DNA of 41,475 bases from Kiritimatiellia bacterium (GCA_017457625.1 JAFTHC010000201.1:1-41475), one strand, 5' to 3'; positions 8,338 through 17,635 are shown, counted from the first letter of the stretch. The notes: generated from the letters alone by a model not told the origin. Translations and numbers: made by a program.

Positions 8338-8928
8338 ATGGACGGGAAAACGGACAACGACGTCTTGCTGCACGCCTGCTGCGGGCCGTGCGCTTCGCAC
8401 TGCGTGCCGGCGCTGCGCGCGCTCGGCCGCGAGCCCGTCCTCTTCTTCTCCAATTCGAACCTCGACTCGCGCGAGGAATACGACCGCCGCCTCGCGGCCG
8501 CGCGGGCGCTGGCGGCCGCGGAGGGCGTCCGCCTCGTGGCCGATCCCTACGACCCGGCCGCGTGGGAGCGGGCCGTGGCGGGGTTCGAGGGAGAGCCGGA
8601 AGGCGGCGCCCGCTGCGACCGCTGCTTCCGCCACAACCTCGGCCGCGCGGCGGCCGCCGCGGCGGCCGGGGGCTTCGCCGCGTTCTCCACGAGCCTCACG
8701 GTGAGCCCCCACAAGAACTCCCCGAGGGTCTTCGCCGCCGGGCGGGAGGCCGCCGAGCGGACGCCGGGCGCGCCGCCGTTCCTCGAAGCCGACTTCAAGA
8801 AGAAGGACGGTTTCCTCGATTCGGTCCGCCGCGCCCGCGCGCTCGGGCTCTACCGCCAGTCCTACTGCGGGTGCAAATACTCCAAGCGCCGCGAGGACGC
8901 GCGGACGCGCGACGCGCCCGCCGGTTGA
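8338..8928 (+). CDS. queH: Epoxyqueuosine reductase QueH
   Basis: LLHACCGPC, EPEGGARCDRCF, STSLTVSPHKN, DFKKKDGF, LYRQSYCGCKYS. Confidence 0.92.
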   Translation: MDGKTDNDVLLHACCGPCASHCVPALRALGREPVLFFSNSNLDSREEYDRRLAAARALAAAEGVRLVADPYDPAAWERAVAGFEGEPEGGARCDRCFRHNLGRAAAAAAAGGFAAFSTSLTVSPHKNSPRVFAAGREAAERTPGAPPFLEADFKKKDGFLDSVRRARALGLYRQSYCGCKYSKRREDARTRDAPAG

Positions 8929-8967
8929 CACGCGCCCGCGTTTCGGGCATGATTGAACGCGCATTCA
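8925..8967 (+). promoter_or_regulatory. tetR promoter with candidate TetR operator
   Basis: TTGACA (overlapping the queH stop)-17nt-CATGAT followed directly by the 14-bp near-palindrome TGAACGCGCATTCA (8954-8967). Confidence 0.65.
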
Positions 8968-8992
8968 GAAAACGGAACGGGAGTTGCGCGAC

Positions 8993-9634
8993 ATGGCGGA
9001 AACGGACAAGGCGGCGCCCACGCGGCGCGAACGGGAACGCGAGCGGCACCGCGAGGAGATCCTCCGCGCGGCGGAGAAGGTCTTCGCGGCGCGCGGCTAC
9101 GAGGGCTCCTCGATGGCGGACATCGCGGCGGAGGCGGAGTTCTCCGTCGGCTCGCTCTACAACTTTTTCCGCGACAAGGCGGCGCTGGGAGAAGAGGTGA
9201 TGGTGCGCATCTGCGAAGAGCGCGCCGCCGAACTCGAAGCGCTCGCGCCGCTCGCGGCCGACCCGGCCGCGGGGCTGCGCGAGGCGGCGCGGCTGTTCGC
9301 GCGCCACCTCGCCGCGCACGGCGCGTTCCTGCAGATGTCGTTTTCGCTCCAGTCCTCGCGCGGCCACGCGAAGCCCCCGCCGCGCATCGAGACGCTCCTC
9401 AAACGGCAGCGCAAGGCGCTCGTTTCGTTCTTCCGCAAGGCCGCGGCGACCGGCGCGCTGCGGCCGCTGCCGCCGGAGGACCTCGCCGCCGCGGCGACCG
9501 GCCTCTGCATCCAGTTCGCCGCGGACTGGCGCATGGCCGGCGGCGACCTCGGCGCCGTGCCGGAAAGGGCGCTCGCGGACAGGATCGCGGGCGTCCTGGC
9601 CGCGCTGCTGCTCGAGGGGAAGGGCCGGCGCTAG
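8993..9634 (+). CDS. TetR/AcrR family transcriptional regulator
   Basis: REEILRAAEKVFAARGYEGSSMADIAAEAEFSVGSLYNFFRDKAAL; ATG 8993 with GGGAG upstream. Confidence 0.93.
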   Translation: MAETDKAAPTRRERERERHREEILRAAEKVFAARGYEGSSMADIAAEAEFSVGSLYNFFRDKAALGEEVMVRICEERAAELEALAPLAADPAAGLREAARLFARHLAAHGAFLQMSFSLQSSRGHAKPPPRIETLLKRQRKALVSFFRKAAATGALRPLPPEDLAAAATGLCIQFAADWRMAGGDLGAVPERALADRIAGVLAALLLEGKGRR

Positions 9635-9635
9635 C

Positions 9636-11966
9636 ATGGACGCACTTCCCGCCCGCGTGCATTTCGCCGGCGTCGGCGGCGTCGGCATGGCCGGCGTGGC
9701 GTGGCTCCTGCACCGCCTCGGCTGCGACGTGTCGGGGTGCGACGCGAAGCCGGACGCCGCCACGTGCGCGTGGCTCCGCGCCGAAGGCGTGAGCGTCCTC
9801 GGCGCGCACGATCCGGCCCACGTCGGATCGGAGAAGCCGGACCTGCTCGTGCGCACCCCCGCCGTGCACGACGACAACCCCGAGCTCGCCGCCGCGCGCG
9901 CGGCGGGCGTCCCCGTCGCCGCGCGCGGCGAAGTCCTCGCCGCGCTCTCCGGCCGCTTCCGCACAGCCGCCGTCTGCGGTTCCCACGGCAAGACGACGAC
10001 GTCCACCTTCCTCGCCGCGATCCTGCGCGCGCTCGCGCCGGCGCAGACCTGGTGGTGCATCGGCGGCACTTCGCCGTCGCTCGGCGCCGTCGCCGGATGC
10101 GGCGCCGCCGCGCCCTGCGATCCGCCGGTCCGCAGGTCCGCAGGTCCGCACGTTCCCGACGCGCCGCTGCTCGTCGCGGAAGCGGACGAATCGGACGGCA
10201 CGCTCGCGCTCTACGAGCCCGCGCTGCTCGTCGTGACGAACGTGGACCTGGACCACGTGGACCGGTTCCCGTCGGTCGACGCGTTCGAAGAGGTTTTCCG
10301 GCGCGCGATCGCGCGAACGCGCGGACCCGTCGTCTTCTGCGCGGACGCCCCGCGCGCGTCCGCCCTCGTCCGCTCGTCCGGCCACGCGCCGGCCGTTTCC
10401 TTCGGCTTTTCCGCCGGGGCCGACTTCCGCATCCTCGACTGGGCGCCCGACGGCGCCGGCGGCCAGCGCTTCTCGCTCGCCGTGCCGGCGCCAGGCGCCC
10501 CGCCGGTCGGGGTGCATCTGCCGGTTCCCGGCCGCCACAACGCGCTCAACGCCGCGGCCGCCGTCGCGGCCGCGGCCGCGCTCGGCTTCCCGCCGGACGC
10601 CGCCGCGCGCGCGCTGGAGCGCGCCGCGTCGCTGCCCGCGCGCCGCTTCGAGCGCGTCGGTTCGCCCGCCGGCTTCGAGGTCGTTTCCGACTACTCGCAC
10701 CACCCGTCGGAAATCCGCGCGCTCGTCGAAACCGCGCGCGGCGTGCCGCACCGGCGGCTCGTCGGCGTCTTCCAGCCGCACCGCTTCACGCGCACGAAAA
10801 CCTTTCTCGCGGACTTCCCGCCCGCGTTCTCGGGGCTGGACGCGCTCGTGCTCTGCCCCGTCTACGCCGCGTCCGAGCCGCCGCTCGCCGGCGGGTCGGC
10901 GGCGGACCTCTACGCGGCGTTCCGCGCCGCGCAAGGGCCGGCGGCGGGGCCGCCGGTCCCGGTCTACGCGCGCTCGCTCGACGAAGCCGCGGACTGGTTC
11001 CGCTTCAACCTGCGCGAAGGCGACCTCGTGCTCGTCGTCGGCGCGGGCGACGTCGATTCGCTCGCGCCGCGCATCGCCGCGATGCGCCCGGCGCGGGAGC
11101 CGCCGCCGGCGCCGCGGCTGGGCGGCTACGGGACGGCCGCGCCCGTCGCGCGGCTCGTCGAAGCCGATTCGTGGGACGAGCTGCGCGACGCGCTGCTGGC
11201 GGCCCGCGCGGCGGGGGAAGAACCCGCGGTCCTCGGCGCCGGCACGAACGCGATCGTCGCGGCGACGGGCTGCGCGCGGCCGGTCGTCCGCCTCCGCCCG
11301 CCCCGCCCGGGCGCCGGGTGGAAGCGGATCGACGCCGGGGACGGCGGCGCCGTCCTGCTCGACGCCGACGCGGCGCTGCCCGGCGCGGCGCTGCTGGCCG
11401 AATGCCGGCGCCGCGGCTGGTCGGGCCTCGAAGCGCTCGTCGGCGTGCCCGGCACGGTCGGCGGCTGGCTCGCGATGAACGCGGGCACGCGTTCCGGTTC
11501 GTTCTGCGACCGCGTGGAAGCCGTGGTCGCGATGGCCGCGGACGGTTCGGTCTCGCGCCTCGGCCGCGCCGACCTGCGCGCCGGCTACCGGACGTGTCCC
11601 GGCCTCGGCGGGCGGATCGCGCTCGCCGTTCGGCTGCGGCTGGACCCCGCCACGCCCGAAGCGGTCGACGCGCGGATGCGGGAGCTGGCCGCCAAGCGGT
11701 TCGACTTCGGCGGGCTGCGCACGTGCGGGAGCGTGTTCCGCAACCCGCCGGCTCCGCAACCCCCGGCCGGCAAGCTCGCGGACGATGCCGGCTGCAAGGG
11801 CCTGCGCGTCGGCGGCGCGCGCGTGAGCGACCGCCACGCCAACGTGATCGCGGCGGACGCGGACGCGACCGCCTCGGACGTCCTGGCGCTCGTCGACCTC
11901 GTGCGCGACCGCGTCCGCGCCGCCAGCGGCGTGGAGCTCGTCCCGGAAATCCGCGTCCTGCGCTAG
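9636..11966 (+). CDS. murC: Fused UDP-N-acetylmuramate-L-alanine ligase (MurC) / UDP-N-acetylenolpyruvoylglucosamine reductase (MurB)
   Basis: MurC: HFAGVGGVGMAGVA, GSHGKTTTS, EADESDG, DYSHHPSEI, VFQPHRFTRT, VGAGDV. MurB: LGAGTN, GVPGTVGGWLAMNAG, CGSVFRNP, GGARVSDRHAN, LVPEI. Confidence 0.92.
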   Translation: MDALPARVHFAGVGGVGMAGVAWLLHRLGCDVSGCDAKPDAATCAWLRAEGVSVLGAHDPAHVGSEKPDLLVRTPAVHDDNPELAAARAAGVPVAARGEVLAALSGRFRTAAVCGSHGKTTTSTFLAAILRALAPAQTWWCIGGTSPSLGAVAGCGAAAPCDPPVRRSAGPHVPDAPLLVAEADESDGTLALYEPALLVVTNVDLDHVDRFPSVDAFEEVFRRAIARTRGPVVFCADAPRASALVRSSGHAPAVSFGFSAGADFRILDWAPDGAGGQRFSLAVPAPGAPPVGVHLPVPGRHNALNAAAAVAAAAALGFPPDAAARALERAASLPARRFERVGSPAGFEVVSDYSHHPSEIRALVETARGVPHRRLVGVFQPHRFTRTKTFLADFPPAFSGLDALVLCPVYAASEPPLAGGSAADLYAAFRAAQGPAAGPPVPVYARSLDEAADWFRFNLREGDLVLVVGAGDVDSLAPRIAAMRPAREPPPAPRLGGYGTAAPVARLVEADSWDELRDALLAARAAGEEPAVLGAGTNAIVAATGCARPVVRLRPPRPGAGWKRIDAGDGGAVLLDADAALPGAALLAECRRRGWSGLEALVGVPGTVGGWLAMNAGTRSGSFCDRVEAVVAMAADGSVSRLGRADLRAGYRTCPGLGGRIALAVRLRLDPATPEAVDARMRELAAKRFDFGGLRTCGSVFRNPPAPQPPAGKLADDAGCKGLRVGGARVSDRHANVIAADADATASDVLALVDLVRDRVRAASGVELVPEIRVLR
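10121..10152. repeat. 8-bp tandem repeat x4 inside murC
   Basis: tccgccgg tccgcagg tccgcagg tccgcacg. Confidence 0.75.
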
Positions 11967-13345
11967 CGCCGCGCGGCGGCGGCGAGCGGACATTCGCGGC
12001 AGGTTTCGGGCGACGCGGCGCAGTGCCCGCTCCAGAGCGCGAGCAGGCCCTGCATGCGCAGCGCGCCGGTGCGCCAGAGCGCGGGGTTGTGGTCCGCGCC
12101 GAGGAGCCGGAACGCCATCTCCTCCATCGTGGCCGAGGGCGATTCGCCGGGCAGCGCGGCGAGGAGGGCGCGCGCGGAAACGGAATCGCCGAAGGCGAGC
12201 GCCGGCAGGACGGCGTTGGCGAGGATCGCGCGGACGCGGCCGCCGCCGAGCAGCCCGCCGCGCGCTGCGCCGGGCGGCAGGAGCGCGGCGGCGGGGGCGG
12301 CCGCGTCGCGCAGGACCTTTTCCGCCGCGCGGGCCCAGGCCTTCGCGTCCGCGCGCGGCAGCGCGGCGAGCGCGGCGCGCAGCGAATCGGGGTCCGCGAA
12401 AAGCGCGGCCGCGACCGCGAGGCGGCGGCGCGGGTGGTTGGCGGGGCGCACGCCGGCGAGCGTCCAGCGCCCGGCGGCGTCCGGCGCGTGCGAGGCGCCG
12501 GCGCGGAACGCGGCGTTCCAGAGCGCGGCGGTCCAACCGGACGGAAACCCGGGCGCGTCCGGCGGCGGGAGCAGCCCGGCGCGGCCGAGCAGCAGGGCGT
12601 AACGCTCGAACGGGTCGGCGCGCGCGGCGAGTTCGCGGACGGGGACCTGAGCGGCGAGGGCGCGCATCGGCGCCGTGTTGGCGTGGAAGCCGAGGCACGC
12701 GAGGACTTCCGCGTAGAACGCCTGCGCCGGCGAACCGGCGCGCGCGGCGCGCTCCGCCAGTTCGCGGGCCTTGCGGCGCAGGCGCGCTTCGCCGGCGCGC
12801 TCGAGCAGGTCGCGCACGATCGCGGCGGGGGCGCCGCGCAGCGCGTCGCGGCAGGGGCGCGGCAGGTCCGAACGCGCGGCGTGCGGATAGGCGTCCGGGT
12901 CGATCTGGTCGAACGAAAAGCCGGGGCGCGCGAGCATCGCGTCGGAGAGCAGCGCGAGCGGGACGTCCGGCAGGACGGCGCCGGGCGCGGGCGGAAACCA
13001 CGCCACGTGCAGCACGACGTTCTCGTAGCGCGGGTCGCCGTCGTGGCCGTGGGCGGTCCAGTCCGAGGGGCGCACGTGGAGCTCCACGTCGCCCGCGGCG
13101 CGGACGCCGCCGATGCGCAGGATCGCGCCTCGGAAGTCGGGCCCCGGGCCGCCGTTCCAGACGCCGGGCGAAAGCACTTCGACCGGCGCGCCGCCCGTCG
13201 TGGAAAGCGGCGGGCGCAGGCGCGCGTCCGCCCAGATGCACTGCAGGTGCCGCTCGTCCCACGCGGCGCCGTCCGTTTCCGGCTCGGCGGCGGCGCGGCC
13301 GGGGAGCAGGCACGGGGGCAGCGGGAGGGACGCCGTCTCGTTCAT
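11963..13345 (-). CDS. DUF2851 family protein
   Basis: ERHLQCIW, VEVLSPGVWNGGPGPDFRGA, GDVELHVRPSDWTAHGHDGDPRYENVVLHV, VRPANHPRRRLA, C-terminal C-x5-C-x2-C; ATG 13345 overlaps the upstream TGA. Confidence 0.85.
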   Translation of the reverse strand: MNETASLPLPPCLLPGRAAAEPETDGAAWDERHLQCIWADARLRPPLSTTGGAPVEVLSPGVWNGGPGPDFRGAILRIGGVRAAGDVELHVRPSDWTAHGHDGDPRYENVVLHVAWFPPAPGAVLPDVPLALLSDAMLARPGFSFDQIDPDAYPHAARSDLPRPCRDALRGAPAAIVRDLLERAGEARLRRKARELAERAARAGSPAQAFYAEVLACLGFHANTAPMRALAAQVPVRELAARADPFERYALLLGRAGLLPPPDAPGFPSGWTAALWNAAFRAGASHAPDAAGRWTLAGVRPANHPRRRLAVAAALFADPDSLRAALAALPRADAKAWARAAEKVLRDAAAPAAALLPPGAARGGLLGGGRVRAILANAVLPALAFGDSVSARALLAALPGESPSATMEEMAFRLLGADHNPALWRTGALRMQGLLALWSGHCAASPETCRECPLAAAARR

Positions 13346-13803
13346 TCGCTTTCGAGATAACGCAGCACGAGCGGATCGTCCGGCGAAAGGTCCTGCGACT
13401 GGAGCCCGCCGGCGGGCAGGATCGGCTCGAAGGCCGTGCCGCTGGAGGTGGAGACGCGCGCCGTCTCGATCGAAATGCGGTAGAGGCGTTTCGAAACGAG
13501 GTAGTCGCGCAGCTCGGCGAGCCGGGCGACGGACACGCCGTCGTGCCCGCTCAGCACGATCATGTGGCGCCCGCCGGTGGATCCCTCTTCGTCGAGAAGC
13601 CGTTCGGCGAGCGCCGCGCGGTCGTGGTTGCGGCCGAAGAGCTCGAGGCGGCCGTCGGAGAAGACGTTCACGACGAGCGGCGCTTCGTGCCCCTCCGGCT
13701 CGCCGGCCAGGCCGGCCAGGCCGCCGCGGCCGCGGGTGGTGGAATGGACGCAGCCGGCGCACAGCGCGGCCGCGAGGACCATGAGAGCGGAAATCCGTTT
13801 CAT
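13342..13803 (-). CDS. Lipoprotein with an ExbD/TolR periplasmic-like domain
   Basis: Last 153 aa of ORF 13342..17418: MKRISALMVLAAALCAGC lipobox; PLVVNVFSDGRLELFG...ALAERL...IVLSGHDGVSVARLAELRDYL...RISIET. Confidence 0.6.
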   Translation of the reverse strand: MKRISALMVLAAALCAGCVHSTTRGRGGLAGLAGEPEGHEAPLVVNVFSDGRLELFGRNHDRAALAERLLDEEGSTGGRHMIVLSGHDGVSVARLAELRDYLVSKRLYRISIETARVSTSSGTAFEPILPAGGLQSQDLSPDDPLVLRYLESE

Positions 13804-13810
13804 GCGGCCC

Positions 13811-13890
13811 AGTATAGCGGCCCCGCCGTGCCCGTTGCAAGCGAAATCCGCTCGCCGCGCTTGCGGGCGCGCGGGCGACGGTGGTAGAAT
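13811..13890. promoter_or_regulatory. Divergent pair of sigma70-type promoters, both probably leaderless
   Basis: Minus: TTGCAA-18-TATACT-7nt-ATG13803. Plus: TTGCGG-18-TAGAAT-9nt-ATG13900. Confidence 0.7.
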
Positions 13891-13899
13891 CGCGGGCCC

Positions 13900-14949
13900 A
13901 TGAGAACCTACCTGCTTCCGCCGGACCTGAACTGGTACCGCGCCAACCTGCACTGCCACACGATCCACTCCGACGGCTTCTGGCCGCCCGAGCGCGTGAA
14001 GGCCGAATACAAGAAGGCCGGCTATTCGATCGTGGCGTTCACCGACCACAACGTCCTCGTCCCGCACAACGACCTGGCGGACGAGCGCTTCCTGCCGCTC
14101 ACGTCGACCGAGTTGGACGTCACGGCGTCCGCCGTCCCGGAGGACGAGCTGCCCTACATGGTCGAAAACGGCGGCTGGCGCTTCCGCCCGACGCACCACC
14201 TCAACCTCTTCTCCAAGGTTCCCGACCCCGGCCCGATGCCGTTCCGCGACACGATCTGGGCGATCCAGCACGCGAACAACTACCCCTTCGAGGGGACCGA
14301 GGAGGAGAAGAAGCGCCGCTCGGCCTGGACCGTGGAGAACGTCCAGCACCTGATCGACGAGGCGAACGCAGCCGGCTTCCTCGTGCAATACAACCACCCC
14401 AACTGGTCGCTCGCCGAGCCGCAGCACTTCCTGCGGCTGCGCGGCCTCTGGTCGCTCGAGGTGCTCAACTGGGCCACCGAGGTCGAGACGGGCGGCGAGT
14501 TCTGCCCCTACGTCTACGACATGATGATGCGCCGGATGGGGCCGGGCCTGTTCTGCTCGATGGGCGACGACAACCACAACCACGGCGGCGACCTGATGCA
14601 GAGTTTCGGCGGCTCGACGATGTTCGGCGCCAAGGAGCTCACCTACGAGGCGATCGTGCAGTCGATGGTCAAGGGCGAGTTCTACTGCACCGAAGGCCGC
14701 GTCGATCCGCCGCGCATCCTCGCGCTCTACGTCGAGGACGGCGTCGTGCACGTCGAATGCACGCCCTGCGAGCTGGCGTGGATCGTGGGCGACGGCCGCC
14801 GCTACGCGGACAAGCGCGGCTGCACGTTCACGCACGCCGAGTTCCCGCTCTGGAAGGACGACCGCTTCGTCCGCGTCCAGCTGCGCGACTCGCGCGGCAA
14901 CAACGCCCTCTCCCACGCCTACGAGATCACCCCGGAGATGCGCGGCTAG
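13900..14949 (+). CDS. PHP-domain metallohydrolase (CehA/McbA-like)
   Basis: WYRANLHCHTIHSDG, AFTDHN, QYNHPNWS, GDDNH. Confidence 0.85.
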   Translation: MRTYLLPPDLNWYRANLHCHTIHSDGFWPPERVKAEYKKAGYSIVAFTDHNVLVPHNDLADERFLPLTSTELDVTASAVPEDELPYMVENGGWRFRPTHHLNLFSKVPDPGPMPFRDTIWAIQHANNYPFEGTEEEKKRRSAWTVENVQHLIDEANAAGFLVQYNHPNWSLAEPQHFLRLRGLWSLEVLNWATEVETGGEFCPYVYDMMMRRMGPGLFCSMGDDNHNHGGDLMQSFGGSTMFGAKELTYEAIVQSMVKGEFYCTEGRVDPPRILALYVEDGVVHVECTPCELAWIVGDGRRYADKRGCTFTHAEFPLWKDDRFVRVQLRDSRGNNALSHAYEITPEMRG

Positions 14950-14967
14950 GCGCCGCGTCCGCGCGCG

Positions 14968-17607
14968 ATGACCTTCGTCCATCCGGCCCTGCTGCTCCTG
15001 CTCTGGCCCGTGCCCGCCCTCGCCGCCCTCTGCTGGTGGCGGTGGCGCCGGCGCGAAGCCCGCGCGGCGCGCCTCGCGGGGCCGGCGAAGGCGCGCGCCG
15101 TCTTCGGCCGCGGTCTCGCCGCCGCGCAGATCGCCCTCGGCTGCGCCGCGCTCGCGCTCGCGCTCGTCGCCCTCGCGCGCCCGCAGTGGGGCGAGCGCGA
15201 AGAAGAGGTCCTCTCGCAGTCGCGCAACGTCCTCGTGCTCCTCGACGTCTCGCGCTCGATGCTCGCCGGGGACGTCCGCCCGAGCCGCCTCGAACGCGCC
15301 AAGGCGGACCTCTCGGACCTCGTCGATTCGCTCGCCGGCGACCGCGCCGCGCTCGTCGCGTTCCGCAGCGCGCCGGTCGTCCTGTGCCCGTTCACGACGG
15401 ACGACTCGTTCCTGCGCGAGGCGATCGCGGACGCGTCGATCGACTCGGCGCCGCGCGGCGAAACGGACCTCGGGCGCGCGCTGCGCGCCGCGCTGGAGCT
15501 GTTCGCGCCGCTCGGGGCGGACGCCAACGCGATCGTGCTCGTCTCCGACGGCGAGGACCTCGGCGGCGCCGGCCGCAAGGCCGCGGAGGAATGCGGCGCG
15601 CGCGGCATCCCCGTCTTCTGCATGGGCGTGGGCAGCGCCGCCGGCGCGAACGTCCCGGCGGGCGAAGGCGGGCTGCCGCTCGTGCACCGCGGCGAAAAGG
15701 TCGTCTCGAAACTGCGGAGCGCCGACCTGGAGGCGATCGCCGCCGCGTCGGGCGGCGTCTACCTGCCGCTCGAAAGCACCTCGTCCGGCGGCCACACGCT
15801 CGGCTCGCTCTACCGCGACCACGTCCGGGCGCTCGTCGCCCGCGAAAAGCGCGAAGCGCTCGAGGCGCGCCGCGTCGAACGCTACCCTCTCTTCCTCCTT
15901 CCCGCGCTCCTGCTCCTGCTCGCCGCCGCGTTTCTTTCCCGCGGCCGTCCCGCCGCCCGCCGCGTCCGTGCGACCGCGGTCCTGGCGCTCGCGCTTCCGG
16001 CGTTCGCGGCAACGGCAGCGGACGCGCCGCCGGACCGCCGCGCGCTCGCCCGCGAAGCGCAGGCGGCGTGGCGGGGCGGCGACCCCGCCACGGCCGCGGA
16101 CCGCTACCGCGCCGCGCTCGACGCGCCCGGTCCCGCCGACGCGCTCGAAACCTCGATCCGCCGCAACGCGGCCATCGCCGCGCTCGCCGCCGGCCGCGAT
16201 TCGGACGCCGAATCGCTCTTCGCCTCGCTCCCCGGCGCGGACGCCGCGGAGGGCCGCGCCGTCGCCCTCTTCCGGCTCGCCGGCGCGGAGACGCCGGACC
16301 CCGCCACGAACGCGGCCGTCCGCGCCGCCGCGTGGCGCCGCCGCGAAGCGGACCTCGTGCGCGCCGCGGGTTTCTTCCGCGATTCGCTCCACGGCGCGGA
16401 GGAGCCCGCGCTCTCGCGCCGCCGCGCGGCCCTGCGCCGCGCGCTCGACGACCTGGCCGCCGCGCGCGAATCGGCCGAGGCGGCCGAGATCGAAGCCAAG
16501 TGGGGCGGTCGCGACGCGATCGACGTGCTCGCCGCCGCGATGGACGAGCAGCGCGACGCGTTCGCCGACGCCAAGCGCGCCTTCACCAACGCGCTGCCCG
16601 CGCGAATCCCCGCGCTCGAGGCCGCCGCAGCGAAGCAGCGAGCCGCCGCCGCCGCGTGGGGGCCGCTGCGCGAGGCGCTCCGTCCGTCGATCGAAGCGGT
16701 CACCAACGAAACGCTCCGCGCCAAGATCGAAGGCGATCTGGCGGAGGCGTCCGCCCGCGCGGCGGACGCGGCGGACGCGCTGGAAGCGCTCGACCCCGCC
16801 GCGTTCGACGCGATGGAGAAGGCCGAAGGCGTCGCGTTCGACTTCTTCGCCACCGCCGCGCCGCCCGTGCCGCTGCTGGAGCAGGCCGTGCTCGCGCAGT
16901 CCAACGCGCTCTCGAGAGTCGTCAACCCGGCGCGCATCCGGACGCCCGCGGCGAACCAGATCGTCGCGCTGATGCTCTTCCAGGCGTTCGACGAAAAAAT
17001 CGCCCCGTGGCTCGATTCGCTCGAGGAGCAGGCCGCCGCGCTGCCCGGCGGCCAGACCCCGCCACCGGGCGCCGCGCCGATGGACCCCGAGAAGAAGAAG
17101 GAGCTGCTCCGGCTCTGCGAGGAGACGCGCGGCACGCACGAGATGATCCGGATGGGACTCGGCGGCGCGGGCGACGTGCTGCCGGACGCCGTCCGCCCCG
17201 ACGCCAAGACCAGCTTCGTCAACCTCAAGAAAATCCTCGACCTCCTGCGCGACAAGGACGACAACCGGCAGCAGAAGCAAGACCAGCAGCAGCAACAGCA
17301 GCATCAACAACAGCAGCAGGACAAACAGGACCAGAAGCAAGACAAGCAGGACAAGCAACAGTCGCAGCAGTCGCAACAGTCTCAGCAACAGCAATCGCAA
17401 GAGTCCAAGCAGGATCAAGCGCAGCCGCAGGAGCCCGAAGAAACCCAGGAAGCCGAAGCCGCGAAAATCGAGGAAGAGAAAGACCCCGACGAAGAAGCGG
17501 CGCGGGCGATCATCAAGATGATCCTGGAGCAGGAAAAGAAGCGCGCCGCCGAAAAGCGAAAGCGCGCCCGCGACCTTCCGCCCGCCATCGGCGTGCGGGA
17601 CTGGTAG
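14968..17607 (+). CDS. BatB/BatC-like fusion: membrane-anchored VWA domain, helical TPR-like region, Gln-rich tail
   Basis: LARPQWG, LLDVSRSMLAGDVRPSRLERAK (MIDAS), CPFTTD, LVSDGED, second TM segment YPLFLLPALLLLLA, poly-Q tract, C-terminal RDW. Confidence 0.85.
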   Translation: MTFVHPALLLLLWPVPALAALCWWRWRRREARAARLAGPAKARAVFGRGLAAAQIALGCAALALALVALARPQWGEREEEVLSQSRNVLVLLDVSRSMLAGDVRPSRLERAKADLSDLVDSLAGDRAALVAFRSAPVVLCPFTTDDSFLREAIADASIDSAPRGETDLGRALRAALELFAPLGADANAIVLVSDGEDLGGAGRKAAEECGARGIPVFCMGVGSAAGANVPAGEGGLPLVHRGEKVVSKLRSADLEAIAAASGGVYLPLESTSSGGHTLGSLYRDHVRALVAREKREALEARRVERYPLFLLPALLLLLAAAFLSRGRPAARRVRATAVLALALPAFAATAADAPPDRRALAREAQAAWRGGDPATAADRYRAALDAPGPADALETSIRRNAAIAALAAGRDSDAESLFASLPGADAAEGRAVALFRLAGAETPDPATNAAVRAAAWRRREADLVRAAGFFRDSLHGAEEPALSRRRAALRRALDDLAAARESAEAAEIEAKWGGRDAIDVLAAAMDEQRDAFADAKRAFTNALPARIPALEAAAAKQRAAAAAWGPLREALRPSIEAVTNETLRAKIEGDLAEASARAADAADALEALDPAAFDAMEKAEGVAFDFFATAAPPVPLLEQAVLAQSNALSRVVNPARIRTPAANQIVALMLFQAFDEKIAPWLDSLEEQAAALPGGQTPPPGAAPMDPEKKKELLRLCEETRGTHEMIRMGLGGAGDVLPDAVRPDAKTSFVNLKKILDLLRDKDDNRQQKQDQQQQQQHQQQQQDKQDQKQDKQDKQQSQQSQQSQQQQSQESKQDQAQPQEPEETQEAEAAKIEEEKDPDEEAARAIIKMILEQEKKRAAEKRKRARDLPPAIGVRDW
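17266..17430 (+). repeat. Low-complexity CAG/CAA Gln-rich coding tract
   Basis: Encodes QQKQDQQQQQQHQQQQQDKQDQKQDKQDKQQSQQSQQSQQQQSQE. Confidence 0.85.
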
Positions 17608-17635
17608 AAGCCTTCACCGAAACGGAGAACGAACC

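Noticed and set aside
17266-17430. CAG-rich tract as a phase-variation locus
   Set aside because: Triplet, mixed CAG/CAA codons; Gln-rich tails are normal for BatC-like proteins
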